A stretch of 64,000 nt of DNA. It comes from Smithellaceae bacterium (GTDB lineage Bacteria; Desulfobacterota; Syntrophia; Syntrophales; Smithellaceae). The notes under the pieces are model-generated. The model did no database searches. It was not told the DNA's origin and saw only the letters and a program-made list of their open reading frames with translations. Shown here piece after piece: positions 27,265-37,315 of the stretch. The stretch covers positions 544,001 to 608,000 of the forward strand of contig CAXXVL010000001.1 in the NCBI GenBank assembly GCA_963667845.2. The letters are read 5' to 3'. Every line of letters starts with the position of its first letter. Within the stretch, counting starts at the first letter, position 1. The translations under genes were made by a program, and so were the position numbers.

Positions 27265-29816
27265 CTGGAAATCACCCCTTTAAATCCGCGGGAAATGATA
27301 GCTGCAATGTCGGTAATCACGAGGGGCAGCGAAAATCCACCCGGCGACGCCAGATACCTTGGTTCCCAATGTGGTCCGAATTTATCTTTATAGTCTCTGA
27401 GTCCTTGAAAATTGTAGAAATGGTCGCTATGGCGGTATAAGAAAGATTCGAACCTTGTTACGAAAGGGACCATTTGATTGTCCCCGACACCCGACAAGGG
27501 AGCCATGCCGAGGTTAAATCGCTGGAAGCCTTCCTCCTTCCCCCAAAGCATTAGTCTGGTAAGCAAAAAATCCATCGTACCGTTAGGGGCATTTGGATAA
27601 TATCTCATCAAATCAATGGAAAGTTCCTGTTTTTCACTGGTTGAGAGAATATTGGCAAAGGCGATTATTTTGTTTCCCTGGCGAATGACGGCCGCCGGAA
27701 AGAGGCTGAGATAATCTTCCTTGAAAAATCCCAACGAAAAGCCTTTCTCCCGCGTATGTTTCCTTGAGAGCCAGGCATCCGAAACAGTTTTAAATTCTTT
27801 GATCAGGAGAGGAATCTGCGTTTGCGGAACTATCTCGAAAGTGTATTGCAGTTTCTCAAATTTATGAAGTACGCGACGCAGTTCATCTTTCTTTCCGTCA
27901 GGAATAGTGAATTCCTTTAACGAGACTATGCCTTCTTCGCCAAGTTTCAGCAGGGTCAGTCCAAGGTCGGCATAAATCGGAATATTGTCTTCATTAATCT
28001 GGTAAAAGGCCGGCCGGCCGTCATATTGATCTGACATCTCGCGAAAGCGCCAGATGAGGTCCTTATGTTCGGAGGAAGGCCCTATCGGATCGCCCATAGT
28101 GATCCAGGTCTTTTTCTCTATCCCGTACATGATAAAAGCATTCCTATGCTTGTTGAACAGCAATGCCTTATCATCCAATAAGGCAAGATAACCGTTTGTC
28201 CCGGGGCCTCTATCAATAATTGGTTTGGCTTCTTCCAGTTCTTCTTTAGTGGCCGGTTGTGGTTTTTTAAGAGCCGGCGACAGCAGCACAAAAAGAACGA
28301 AAAAAAAGATGACTGAAAAAGTGCCGACCATGGCACGTAGAGAACGGGGGGCATCTCCTGAAAAGGTAAATTGCCACCAGAGATCGTTGGCATATTCAAT
28401 GTGCCGGTAGGCAAACATACCCAGCCAAAGAGAAGCAGTCATTGTCATAAAGATAGCCGTTATCCAGCCCGGCGTGAGCCGCAAATCGAGGAGGGACGAT
28501 TTGCGGTAAAAATAATGTCGCGAGTTCAGCATCACAATTAACATAGTCGTCAAAATAATTGCTTCTTCGTAGTCGAACCCTTTCAGCAAAGAAAAAATTG
28601 CACCTCCACTCAGGAGAACCACGGTGAGGATATAGGCGCCGTCCAGCCGTCTCTGTAGACCTCTTGCAAGAATTATAAGACTGACTCCTGCCAGGCTGGA
28701 AAGAAAATGAGAAAGTTCTTGAACAGGGAGGGGCACGAAATCAATCAGCAAGCCAAGTCGGTCCCGTATTCCGGGGGTAGCTGCTGAAAACAGCAGGATA
28801 ATGCCGCCGGCGAAAGTTATGAAAGAAAGTGCGTATGGAGTAAGGCTGGAGATCCATGTCCCAAGATATTGCATCGCGTTCTTAGCACTCACTCTCCTCC
28901 GTATGATTTCACCGACGACCAGGGCTATAATCGATATCGCAAACGGTAAAATATAGAAGATCCCGCGGAATAATAAAAGAGCTGTCACGATTGAGGCAGG
29001 CGGCACACCGGGTGAAAGCATAAGCAGCATGGCCGTCTCGAAAACGCCCAGCCCGCCCGGCACTGTGCTGGCCAATCCGATAAATTGTGCCAGGAGAAAA
29101 ATACCAAGAAAGTTAAGATAGGAGAGACCGGCAGAATAAGGAAATAATAAATATAATATAAACCCGGCAAGTGCCCAATCTGCTGTAGCCAATGCAATCT
29201 GGAGCAAAGAAAGCCGGACAGGGATTAGTGGGAATTCCCATTTTCCGAATTTAAATGGTTTTTTTCTGACGGCGTTTGCCACAAGATAGAGGCTTACAAG
29301 ACTCAGAAAAATTACGCCAACCATCCGAACAGGAATGCCGGGAAAGTGAAAAATGTCAGGAATAGAAAGAGGCTCCACAAGAAAGACAATTCCTCCAAGC
29401 GCAAGGAAGCCGATCCCGATGCTGATACTGCAGAAGATGACAATGTTCGAAATATCTATTCCTGAAAGTCCGCTGGCGGAATATAATCGATACCTCACTG
29501 GAGCGCCACCGAACATGAACACTCCCATATTGTTGCTGAATGCGTAACTGATTAGCGATACATTTGCGATTTTTCTGTAGGGGATAAAATAATTTACAAA
29601 ACGCAAGGCCAGATAGTCATAGCCGGTCATGAGCAGATAATTGAGGATGGTTAAAATGACGGCTAAGAAAACTATTATACCGGAAATATGTTTGAGCTGA
29701 TCGATGGAATCTTGTATCTGAAATTGACGGAGTTCATGATATAAAACTGTCAACGCAAGAATAAAAAAGAACGTGCTGAATAAAAAACCCGCATATCGAA
29801 ATATTCGTTTACTCAT
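27261..29816 (-). CDS. mprF: Bifunctional aminoacyl-PG synthase/flippase
   Basis: Multi-TM N-terminus, VPGGLGVFE, MGDPIG, KLGEE, EKGFSLG, IDLMRY, FNLGMAPLSG, YNFQGLR.YKDKF. Confidence 0.96.
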   Translation of the reverse strand: MSKRIFRYAGFLFSTFFFILALTVLYHELRQFQIQDSIDQLKHISGIIVFLAVILTILNYLLMTGYDYLALRFVNYFIPYRKIANVSLISYAFSNNMGVFMFGGAPVRYRLYSASGLSGIDISNIVIFCSISIGIGFLALGGIVFLVEPLSIPDIFHFPGIPVRMVGVIFLSLVSLYLVANAVRKKPFKFGKWEFPLIPVRLSLLQIALATADWALAGFILYLLFPYSAGLSYLNFLGIFLLAQFIGLASTVPGGLGVFETAMLLMLSPGVPPASIVTALLLFRGIFYILPFAISIIALVVGEIIRRRVSAKNAMQYLGTWISSLTPYALSFITFAGGIILLFSAATPGIRDRLGLLIDFVPLPVQELSHFLSSLAGVSLIILARGLQRRLDGAYILTVVLLSGGAIFSLLKGFDYEEAIILTTMLIVMLNSRHYFYRKSSLLDLRLTPGWITAIFMTMTASLWLGMFAYRHIEYANDLWWQFTFSGDAPRSLRAMVGTFSVIFFFVLFVLLSPALKKPQPATKEELEEAKPIIDRGPGTNGYLALLDDKALLFNKHRNAFIMYGIEKKTWITMGDPIGPSSEHKDLIWRFREMSDQYDGRPAFYQINEDNIPIYADLGLTLLKLGEEGIVSLKEFTIPDGKKDELRRVLHKFEKLQYTFEIVPQTQIPLLIKEFKTVSDAWLSRKHTREKGFSLGFFKEDYLSLFPAAVIRQGNKIIAFANILSTSEKQELSIDLMRYYPNAPNGTMDFLLTRLMLWGKEEGFQRFNLGMAPLSGVGDNQMVPFVTRFESFLYRHSDHFYNFQGLRDYKDKFGPHWEPRYLASPGGFSLPLVITDIAAIISRGFKGVISR

Positions 29817-29968
29817 ACAGAAACATACTCACGAAACACTTCGTTTATTTGAATATAACGACTTTGAGAAAACGGATTTTATTATGCAATTCTCAGAATA
29901 ATCCTGATCAATTTGTAGTCCTTCTTCCTCTCTACATACTTAATAAAGAGGAAGAAGGATATTGTGCT

Positions 29969-31441
29969 TTATCTGGTTTCCACCTGTATCATTCCTGAGT
30001 TGCCCGTCTTATGGTCTACAGCCACAATGGAGATTTTCTGATGCGGTTCCAGAGCGCTGACCATTTGAATGAAACTATCCAGGCCGACGATGGGTTGATC
30101 ATCGATAGCGAGAATAACATCGTTGACCTCAAAACCTTCTTTTTGCAAAGGACCTTTAAATTCAAGCCAACGAATTGCTAGTCCGACATTCGCCTTCAAC
30201 CCGTATTGTTCGGCCTCCTTTGGAGTTAAGGAACGAACCTCAGCTCCTAGTTTTTCCTTAACATTGACAGCAAGAAACCTGGCCGATTCTTCCAGGTTGA
30301 TAATTTTCACTGTCAGTTCCTGCTTTTTCCCTTTGCGGAGGATTTGAACTGTGGCTTGAGATCCGATGGGAGTCGCAGCAACTTCATTTCGGAATGTACT
30401 CGAATTAAAAATGTCTTTGCCCTGGTAACCCACCACGACATCATTTTCTTTCAATCCGGCCTGATCGGCAGGTCCGCCTTTAACAATTTTCGCGATCAGA
30501 ACGCCTTTAGCGGATTCAATATGAAGTGATTTTGCAAGTTCCGGCGTCAGGTTTTGGATGCTGACACCCAACCATCCTCGCTCTACCTTTCCATGGGCGA
30601 TGAGGGCCTTGGATACAAAGATCGCCATATTACTGGGTATGGTAAAACCAATTCCTTCAAAACCTCCCGATTCCGAAGCGATGGCTGCATTTACGCCTAT
30701 CACCTGCCCTTGCAGGTTCAGCAGGGGACCGCCGCTATTTCCCGGATTGATTGCGGCGTCAGTTTGCAGAAAATCCTGATAACTGCTTGGATCAGTAATA
30801 CCCTGCCGATGTTTGGCGCTTATTATCCCCTGTGTGACGCTTTCGTCCAGACCTTGAGGATGCCCGATTGCCACTACCCACTGTCCTACCTCTACGTTAT
30901 CGGAATCGGCGAAGGTGACAAACGGTAAACGTTCATTGGCCGTTATTTTAATAACCGCCAGGTCTGTTTTAAGATCAGTTCCCACAAGTTTCGCCGGGTA
31001 ACGATTGCCATTGGAAAGCAAGACCTCGATTTTTGATGCTCCCCCGGCTACATGATTGTTGGTGAGAATATGGCCCTGGGCATCAATAATCATTCCACTT
31101 CCCAGACCTTTTAACTCTCGCTTGAACTTCTTGGGCATCTTCTGATTACCGAAGAACTGCCGAAAGGACGGGTCATCCTGGAAAGGCAAGAAAGGATTCG
31201 CCACCACTTGGCTTTTGGTGACTTCAATGTGAACCACGGCGGGAATGGTCTGTTTTGCCACTTGGGTGATGGCTGTGCTTAAGTCTATATGCGTCACCTT
31301 CTCTGTCGCAAAAACGGACGAGGATAAGGACAAAATAAAAATCGTTAAAAAAATGATTATGGGGAGTGCCGCATATCCATGAGTACTTATCCTTCTTCCT
31401 TTGATTGCCCCGGTTAAAAATATTATCCGTTCCATTAACAA
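29969..31441 (-). CDS. DegP/DegQ (Do) serine protease
   Basis: TNNHV, QTDAAINPGNSGGPL, two PDZ domains; start uncertain (31435 possible). Confidence 0.95.
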   Translation of the reverse strand: MLMERIIFLTGAIKGRRISTHGYAALPIIIFLTIFILSLSSSVFATEKVTHIDLSTAITQVAKQTIPAVVHIEVTKSQVVANPFLPFQDDPSFRQFFGNQKMPKKFKRELKGLGSGMIIDAQGHILTNNHVAGGASKIEVLLSNGNRYPAKLVGTDLKTDLAVIKITANERLPFVTFADSDNVEVGQWVVAIGHPQGLDESVTQGIISAKHRQGITDPSSYQDFLQTDAAINPGNSGGPLLNLQGQVIGVNAAIASESGGFEGIGFTIPSNMAIFVSKALIAHGKVERGWLGVSIQNLTPELAKSLHIESAKGVLIAKIVKGGPADQAGLKENDVVVGYQGKDIFNSSTFRNEVAATPIGSQATVQILRKGKKQELTVKIINLEESARFLAVNVKEKLGAEVRSLTPKEAEQYGLKANVGLAIRWLEFKGPLQKEGFEVNDVILAIDDQPIVGLDSFIQMVSALEPHQKISIVAVDHKTGNSGMIQVETR

Positions 31442-31980
31442 TCCTCCCTGTAATTATTTATCGAAACACTTCCTTTGTTGACTATCCGGTAATTCAACTC
31501 TCTGCTTCCGTCATACCTTTCGGGTAAAGATTTTCATCAGAAGCGCCACGCCGTCTCGCCAGGCGCCATTCATGATTATGATGCAATCAAAAGCTTTCCC
31601 GTATTTCATCAGTCTTCTCGTCAAACTTTCAATCTGTCTAATCTTGGATCAAGTTTCATGTGAGTTTATTTGTCGTCTCATTGATCTCGATATAAAATGT
31701 TGGGCACGCCCCCTAAAATATTTGATTGCGGCGCGAGGCTGTTTGTCAATTATAATGGTAATTTGTTTTAGATATTCAATAGGTGAAGAGAGAAAAACAA
31801 TGGCTAAAAATTGATAGTATAATGGTAGTTATATCCAATCAGCGACAGGGCATTTGAGAAGTGAACGTGCCATTTAACTCGCTGGATTAACCCCCTCCGG
31901 GCCACATAGATTGCTTTTCATCGCAGTGGAGGGCGTGTTTGGACGGGAGGTTTTGAAACTTTGCTCAGGCATTTTGCTTC

Positions 31981-32080
31981 AATCCCGCCCACGCGGGACG
32001 AGCGTTAATTCTGCGAAGCTTGCTGCCAAATAACGACGGTTATTTCACACCTCGACAGCTTGCGGTGAGATTGTTGATTC
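31981..32080 (+). repeat. R4 copy
   Basis: aatcccgcccacgcgggacgagcgttaatt..agcttgctgc; second degenerate half acctcgacagcttgcggtgag..ttgattcc. Confidence 0.75.
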
Positions 32081-32240
32081 CGTCATAAACAAAATTCAGC
32101 CGTCTTTTGGGCTAAAATATCTTAACATACGAGACAGTATTGCTGCCGATTGTTTTGTTGCATACAGCGCTCACCTTTGATAAAATTACGATCAGTCATC
32201 GCCAAGTATCACTAAACGATTTAAGGAAAGGAGAGGAAAA

Positions 32241-33209
32241 ATGAAAAAAATTTTATTCATTAAAGTTTGCCTGCTGCTTTGCATTGTTTTATTTGCCGCG
32301 AGCACTTTTGCCGCTGATGGCGCCGCGACGCCAAGATTCAAACCCTCGCTGAGCCTGGGTTATGCTTTTTCCGGAGGAACAGACTTCAACTTTACAAGTG
32401 TTGATGGAGTGGGTATTTTCGACGGCACAAAATTTGATCATAGCATTCCTAATTTATCCGGTGTTTACGTCGCAGGCGACCTTCTTTTTAACTTTACCAA
32501 TCGTTTAAGTTTAACGGCCGGGGTGAAGGGTACGGTTTCCTTCAATAACGGGACTGACGAAGAGACGGTCGGTTTATTCCTTTCTTCTCCTGCCGTCAGA
32601 AGTTGGGATCCCGATAATCGCTACTGGTGTACCGCAGATTTGTTGCTATCCTATGCGATTGTTAAAGACGCGTCTTTTCTTAAAGATCTCTCGGCCGTTG
32701 CCGGCTTCCGTTATGATTATCACAAAATGAGTTTTAAAAACGCGCAGGTCACGGCAGGTGGCGTGGTGAGTGCGCCGACAGACAAGACGGATATCAAAAT
32801 GCAAACCTATTCACCGGTGCTGGGAGTAACGTCTACTCTGCAGGGTTTTAGATCGGGAATTTTCGGCGGCGATATAAGACTGTCTCTCCTGGGCAGCCCC
32901 TTTGTTTTTGGCAGAATAGATTACACTGAAGGATTCGGTGACCCGGCATTTAGATTCGACGTGGCTGAGAATTTTGGTCGCAGCTATTTTGTCAATATCG
33001 GCGCGGAAGTTACCGCCATCTCGGCAAAAATCGGCCCGCGAGCTGATTTGAGCGTTGCGCTTTTCGGACAATACACCCAGTTCGTGATTGATGATAAGGT
33101 GACGATGACGGGAACAAATGGCGGTGGCGTCGCAATCACAAAAGATTTTAATTTCTCGGCACGGCCGAATATAGCCGTTGTAGGTATCAAAACGGCTATT
33201 GAATTTTAA
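32241..33209 (+). CDS. Putative outer-membrane beta-barrel protein
   Basis: Signal peptide (TFA-A), alternating beta-strand pattern, C-terminal Phe; RBS ggagagg. Confidence 0.75.
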   Translation: MKKILFIKVCLLLCIVLFAASTFAADGAATPRFKPSLSLGYAFSGGTDFNFTSVDGVGIFDGTKFDHSIPNLSGVYVAGDLLFNFTNRLSLTAGVKGTVSFNNGTDEETVGLFLSSPAVRSWDPDNRYWCTADLLLSYAIVKDASFLKDLSAVAGFRYDYHKMSFKNAQVTAGGVVSAPTDKTDIKMQTYSPVLGVTSTLQGFRSGIFGGDIRLSLLGSPFVFGRIDYTEGFGDPAFRFDVAENFGRSYFVNIGAEVTAISAKIGPRADLSVALFGQYTQFVIDDKVTMTGTNGGGVAITKDFNFSARPNIAVVGIKTAIEF

Positions 33210-33266
33210 TCCCGCTCACGCGGGACGAGGGTTAATCTCCGCAGCTTGCTGCGAGGTGGTTGATCC
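33207..33266 (+). mobile_element. R4 full copy, IS200/IS605-end-like palindromic element
   Basis: taatcccgctcacgcgggacgagggttaatctccgcagcttgctgcgaggtggttgat; starts on the OMP stop codon. Confidence 0.65.
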
Positions 33267-33282
33267 CTGCTTAAGTAAAAGG

Positions 33283-33331
33283 ACAGGCGGCTGGAATCAT
33301 GCCCTCCAGCCGCCTGTAAAATTATTTTTTT
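33283..33331 (+). terminator. Intrinsic terminator
   Basis: acaggcggctgga/tccagccgcctgt stem followed by an AT/T-rich tract. Confidence 0.75.
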
Positions 33332-33422
33332 CCGTCTCCTGAATAATACGACAATAGAATGTTCTGTCATGTCTTAACGCTTCGGGTATGATAACAACAC
33401 GGCTGCGAAAGGAAACCATTCT

Positions 33423-33956
33423 ATGACTCCCACAGCATTTCATTGGAAGATTAGATTATTTGTCATTTTTCTATTCATTCTTGCCATTGTTTCAGTGACA
33501 AATATTGGTCGTACGGAGACCACTAATGATCTGATGCGGGAAGAAATTCTGGCATCTCATAACAAGTATAGGGCGGAAAAGGGCATTCCTTCTCTAAAAT
33601 GGTCAAAGACATTAGCTGACCATGCTATGAATTGGGCTCTTCATTTAGCCAAAGCAGGCAGACTTTATCACAGCAAAGAATCAGGTGAAGGTGAAAACCT
33701 GTGGCAGGGAAGCGCACGACATTTTTCTCATACAGAGAAAGTTGATACTTGGGGAAGTGAAAAAAAATATTTTAGAAGGGGGACATTTCCTGATGTCAGC
33801 ACATCAGGAAACTGGCAGGATGTTGGACACTACACTCAGATCATTTGGCGCAGTACAAGTGAAGTGGGATGCGCCCAAGCAACATCGGGAAGGTATGACT
33901 TTTTTGTTTGCCGCTATAATCCACCGGGTAATATTAGCGGGCAAAAAGTCTACTGA
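33423..33956 (+). CDS. CAP (SCP/PR-1) domain secreted protein
   Basis: HNKYR, LKWS..LA..A..WA, GENLW, GHYTQIIW, VGC, VCRYNPPGN. Confidence 0.95.
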   Translation: MTPTAFHWKIRLFVIFLFILAIVSVTNIGRTETTNDLMREEILASHNKYRAEKGIPSLKWSKTLADHAMNWALHLAKAGRLYHSKESGEGENLWQGSARHFSHTEKVDTWGSEKKYFRRGTFPDVSTSGNWQDVGHYTQIIWRSTSEVGCAQATSGRYDFFVCRYNPPGNISGQKVY

Positions 33957-34428
33957 TATTTCTGCTTTGTTTCATAACTTATTTTCCCCTGTTTCATGAC
34001 TTTCCCCTTTTGTACGATAAACGGCTGGAGAACCGGTCCGGCCGAAGTCGAAAGGATCATATCAGACCGGCCATCTCCCTTCATAAATTCCCTCAATATG
34101 TTGAGGTTCCACTATATATCGCGGCCAGGCGATTCATTTTCTGATTATAATGCTTTCTTACCTGTCAATCTAACAACTCGTTATTGAATCATTAATTTAA
34201 TATTCCGGTTCTCTGGCGGCCGTTGGCAGGCTAATTGCTCTTATATATCCTGATTACAAGGGGATGGTTCCATTGTTTTATTTTCCTTCCTCTTTTGTAA
34301 AGCAGTCGGAGCTATTTCCTAAACACATTGGTTCAGTAACTTAAGGAGTATTTATGACAATGATCAAATGTTATAACTGGAGAAATGACAGTTATGTGTG
34401 CAGCTAATTGAGAAAAGGAGAAATGCCG

Positions 34429-34629
34429 ATGAAAAAATTAATCCTCACGGTTTTAATTTTAGAATTATTCACTTCCCCGGTCTATGCCCAGATGAGCACA
34501 GGTCAAGGGGGTGGCATGATGGGTAATGGCTGGGGATGGGGAATGGGATACGGCTTCGGATGGGTCTTTGTAATCATCATCGCGATTATCGTTATTTTTG
34601 GTGTCGTTTATATAATGAAAAGAAAATGA
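34429..34629 (+). CDS. Small Gly/Met/Trp-rich membrane protein
   Basis: Signal-like N-terminus, GGGMMGNGWGWGMGYG, TM helix, KRK; RBS aaggag. Confidence 0.75.
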   Translation: MKKLILTVLILELFTSPVYAQMSTGQGGGMMGNGWGWGMGYGFGWVFVIIIAIIVIFGVVYIMKRK

Positions 34630-34744
34630 AAAGCTGAAAGCGGAAAATATATTTTTTATAGAACAATGCCCGGTGCATCTTGTTTTTTGATGTGGAAGAG
34701 GTCTTTTTCGCGATGATAGAATTTATAATCTTAGGAGATATGAG

Positions 34745-35197
34745 ATGAATAAAAATATTTTAGTTGTCATCAGTTGTGTATTATTTGTGGCGTTGACTGG
34801 CCTCAATGGCTTTGCTCAGACAGACAACGGGATGAAGGATGACCGGAAGGGGGAGATGCAGCAGCAAGGCATGAAGATGGATGACGAGATGATGAAACAG
34901 ATGATGGAGAAATGCCAGCCGATGATGAAGCAAATGATGGCCGACAAGAAAGATATGATGCAGATGATGATTGACATGATGACTGTGCAGGAAAAGATGA
35001 TGAAAGGCCCAAAGGCTGCCGAGAAAAGGCAGATGATGAAGGACATGGCACAAATGAAAGAGAAGATGCAGAAGATGATGTCGATGCCTATGGATATGAC
35101 GGGGATGGCTGATACAAGCGCAACGCAGTCGAAGGAAATTGTGGGCAATGGGCCCCAAAAATCGGAGCCATCCAAGGTTGACCCGCATAAACATTAG
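34745..35197 (+). CDS. Methionine-rich periplasmic protein, putative Cu(I)/Ag(I) binder
   Basis: Signal peptide; 32 Met in 150 aa in MMxx repeats; ends DPHKH. Confidence 0.8.
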   Translation: MNKNILVVISCVLFVALTGLNGFAQTDNGMKDDRKGEMQQQGMKMDDEMMKQMMEKCQPMMKQMMADKKDMMQMMIDMMTVQEKMMKGPKAAEKRQMMKDMAQMKEKMQKMMSMPMDMTGMADTSATQSKEIVGNGPQKSEPSKVDPHKH

Positions 35198-35367
35198 GTG
35201 AGATGACGGTTATTAAGAGCCATTATTTTCGTAAGACATTGAAAGAAGGGACTCTGCTCCTGCAAAAGACTGAAGTCCCCTTTGCTTTTTCAGAAGAAGC
35301 GTTACTTTTCATCAATTTTAAGTGTTTTATAGGTTTCTTAAGGAAGAACAAAGAAGGAGAAAATTAG

Positions 35368-35577
35368 ATGAAAAAGATATTTTATTTCCTGGTCGCTGTT
35401 TTTCTGCTCGCAACTGTATTGTTGGGCGGGACCGGATGTATAAAAAAGGAAACGGGAATAAAAAGTTCATCGCAGCCGCAGCATGAAAGAAAGCAAAGAC
35501 CTGATTCATCTGAACCGCAGAAAAATGTGGGAATCAAACCATTCGATAATATAAATCGAGATTCCATTGAAGAATGA
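35368..35577 (+). pseudogene. Short lipoprotein, probably a decayed pal paralog
   Basis: GTGCIKKETGIKSSSQPQHE versus [20 protein letters not shown] in the Pal at 50359; OmpA domain missing. Confidence 0.5.
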
Positions 35578-35902
35578 CAAAAACCTGCCGGGGTGGAATG
35601 GGTTCTCCTTTCAGATTCTACTAATCAATAGATCTGAGCCGAACCGTGGCAATATTCATCGAGATTGTATCCAGGCGCGCTACTCTCTTTCAACCGATAC
35701 TATTCAGTCTTGCCGCATACCTGTTTTCAGCACTCTTCTGGTGGTCGCGTTAACTGTTGCCGTTGGTATTTCCCTTGATATTGCGTGAGCAGTACGGGTG
35801 GAAAGCAGCTCAGCAAACAGATATGCCGCACTTCTCGACTGCAGTAAACCAATGCGTACTGTCTTTGGACAATCAAGGACGGCCAGGCAGATGAAGGAGC
35901 GA

Positions 35903-37315
35903 TTATTCCTCAGACGGGAGGGTTGCGGTGAAAACACTTCCTCCGCTCGGGCGGCTTTCCACCGTGATGTCGCCCCCGTGGGCACGGGCAATTGCGCGGG
36001 CCAGGCTCAGACCCAGGCCGGTTCCGGACTCGGAGCGGCTCCGGTCTCCCCGGTAGAAGCGTTCGAAAATGCGGGGCAGATCCTCGGCGGATATCCCAAC
36101 CCCCGTGTCTTTGACCGTGAGGGTGACACTCCGTCCTTCGCTCGGCGAGAGCGAGACTTCCACTTGTCCCCCGGCGGAGGTATACTTGATCGCATTGTCC
36201 AGGAGATTGGAGAGCAGGCGCTGGATCATGCGGGCGTCCCCCGCGATCACGCAGCGCTCGGGAACGTTGCAGGACAGGGTCAAGCCTCTGTCTTCGGCCG
36301 TCGTCCCGAAAAGCTCGCAGGCCTCCCGGACAAGGCCCGTCAGATCGATCTTTTCGCGGGACGGCTTCTCCACGCCAGCCTCCGTTTTGGAAATCATCAG
36401 CATCGTATTGATAATATCCAGGAGACGATCGCATTCCTCGATGGCGCTGGCGGCCATCGCTTCAAAGTCGGCAGGCGTTTTGCCTGTGGTCAGCGCGATC
36501 TCCGCCATGCCCCGGATCCGGGCAATCGGACTCTTCAGGTCATGGGCGATGTCGTCCCCCATCTGACGGATCTCGGCGACCAGCGACCCGATGCGGTCGA
36601 GCATCTGATTGAAGGTCATTGCCAGTTGATCGATTTCGTCGCCCCGGTCTTTTACCGGGACTCTCTTTTCGAGGGTGCCTCCGGAGATACCCTGCGCGGT
36701 TTTTGTGATCGTCTCGACGCCGGAAACCGCCCGGCGGGCTATGAACCAGCCGATCCCCGTCGCCAGTCCGATGAGCAGGGCCATGGTGATGAAAAATATT
36801 TCCCGAAAGGCGTCAAAGATCCGCGTGTAGTTTTCCATGGACTGACCGACCTGCAGGATGACCCCGGGACTGATCATGGCATAGAGAATGCGCACCTCCT
36901 CCTTGCGGGTGGTCATGATGATGGTTTCGATGACTTGTCCTGCGCCGCCTCCGAGCAATTGCCCGATGGCCTCTTTGCGGACGGCAATCTCCTTCCAGTA
37001 GGCCATGTTGGACGAGGAAAAGGCCTGGCCTGTCGGGTAAAGCAGGCGGAAAAATACCTTCTTCTCTCCGGCCGCCTGCGCTTCAAATAAGGCCAAGTTT
37101 TCAGCCGCCTCGATCCCGCGCTCCTTCAAAGCCGTTGAAAACTGCCCTGCCTGATTTATCAGATCACGGTCCGTTTTTTCCTGGATCACGGCGGTGATGA
37201 GTGCATAAAACAAAAAGAAAGCGACAAAGGAGCATACCGCGAAGGTGCCGCCGTACCAAAGGGTCAGGCGGAACGTGAGGCTATTCCTGAAGCGGCTGGG
37301 TTTCTTTAATAACAT
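35903..37315 (-). CDS. Heavy-metal-type sensor histidine kinase (CusS/CzcS-like)
   Basis: Two TM, HAMP (DEIDQLA.TFNQML), AHDLKSP, NLLDNAIKY, DTGVGI, GTGLGL. Confidence 0.93.
   Translation of the reverse strand: MLLKKPSRFRNSLTFRLTLWYGGTFAVCSFVAFFLFYALITAVIQEKTDRDLINQAGQFSTALKERGIEAAENLALFEAQAAGEKKVFFRLLYPTGQAFSSSNMAYWKEIAVRKEAIGQLLGGGAGQVIETIIMTTRKEEVRILYAMISPGVILQVGQSMENYTRIFDAFREIFFITMALLIGLATGIGWFIARRAVSGVETITKTAQGISGGTLEKRVPVKDRGDEIDQLAMTFNQMLDRIGSLVAEIRQMGDDIAHDLKSPIARIRGMAEIALTTGKTPADFEAMAASAIEECDRLLDIINTMLMISKTEAGVEKPSREKIDLTGLVREACELFGTTAEDRGLTLSCNVPERCVIAGDARMIQRLLSNLLDNAIKYTSAGGQVEVSLSPSEGRSVTLTVKDTGVGISAEDLPRIFERFYRGDRSRSESGTGLGLSLARAIARAHGGDITVESRPSGGSVFTATLPSEE

Noticed and set aside
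34781..35194. His-rich minus-strand ORF resembling a metal binder
   Set aside because: CAT codons are the reverse complement of the Met-rich gene's ATGs
35798..37090. 430-aa plus-strand ORF
   Set aside because: Antisense shadow of the histidine kinase; no motifs
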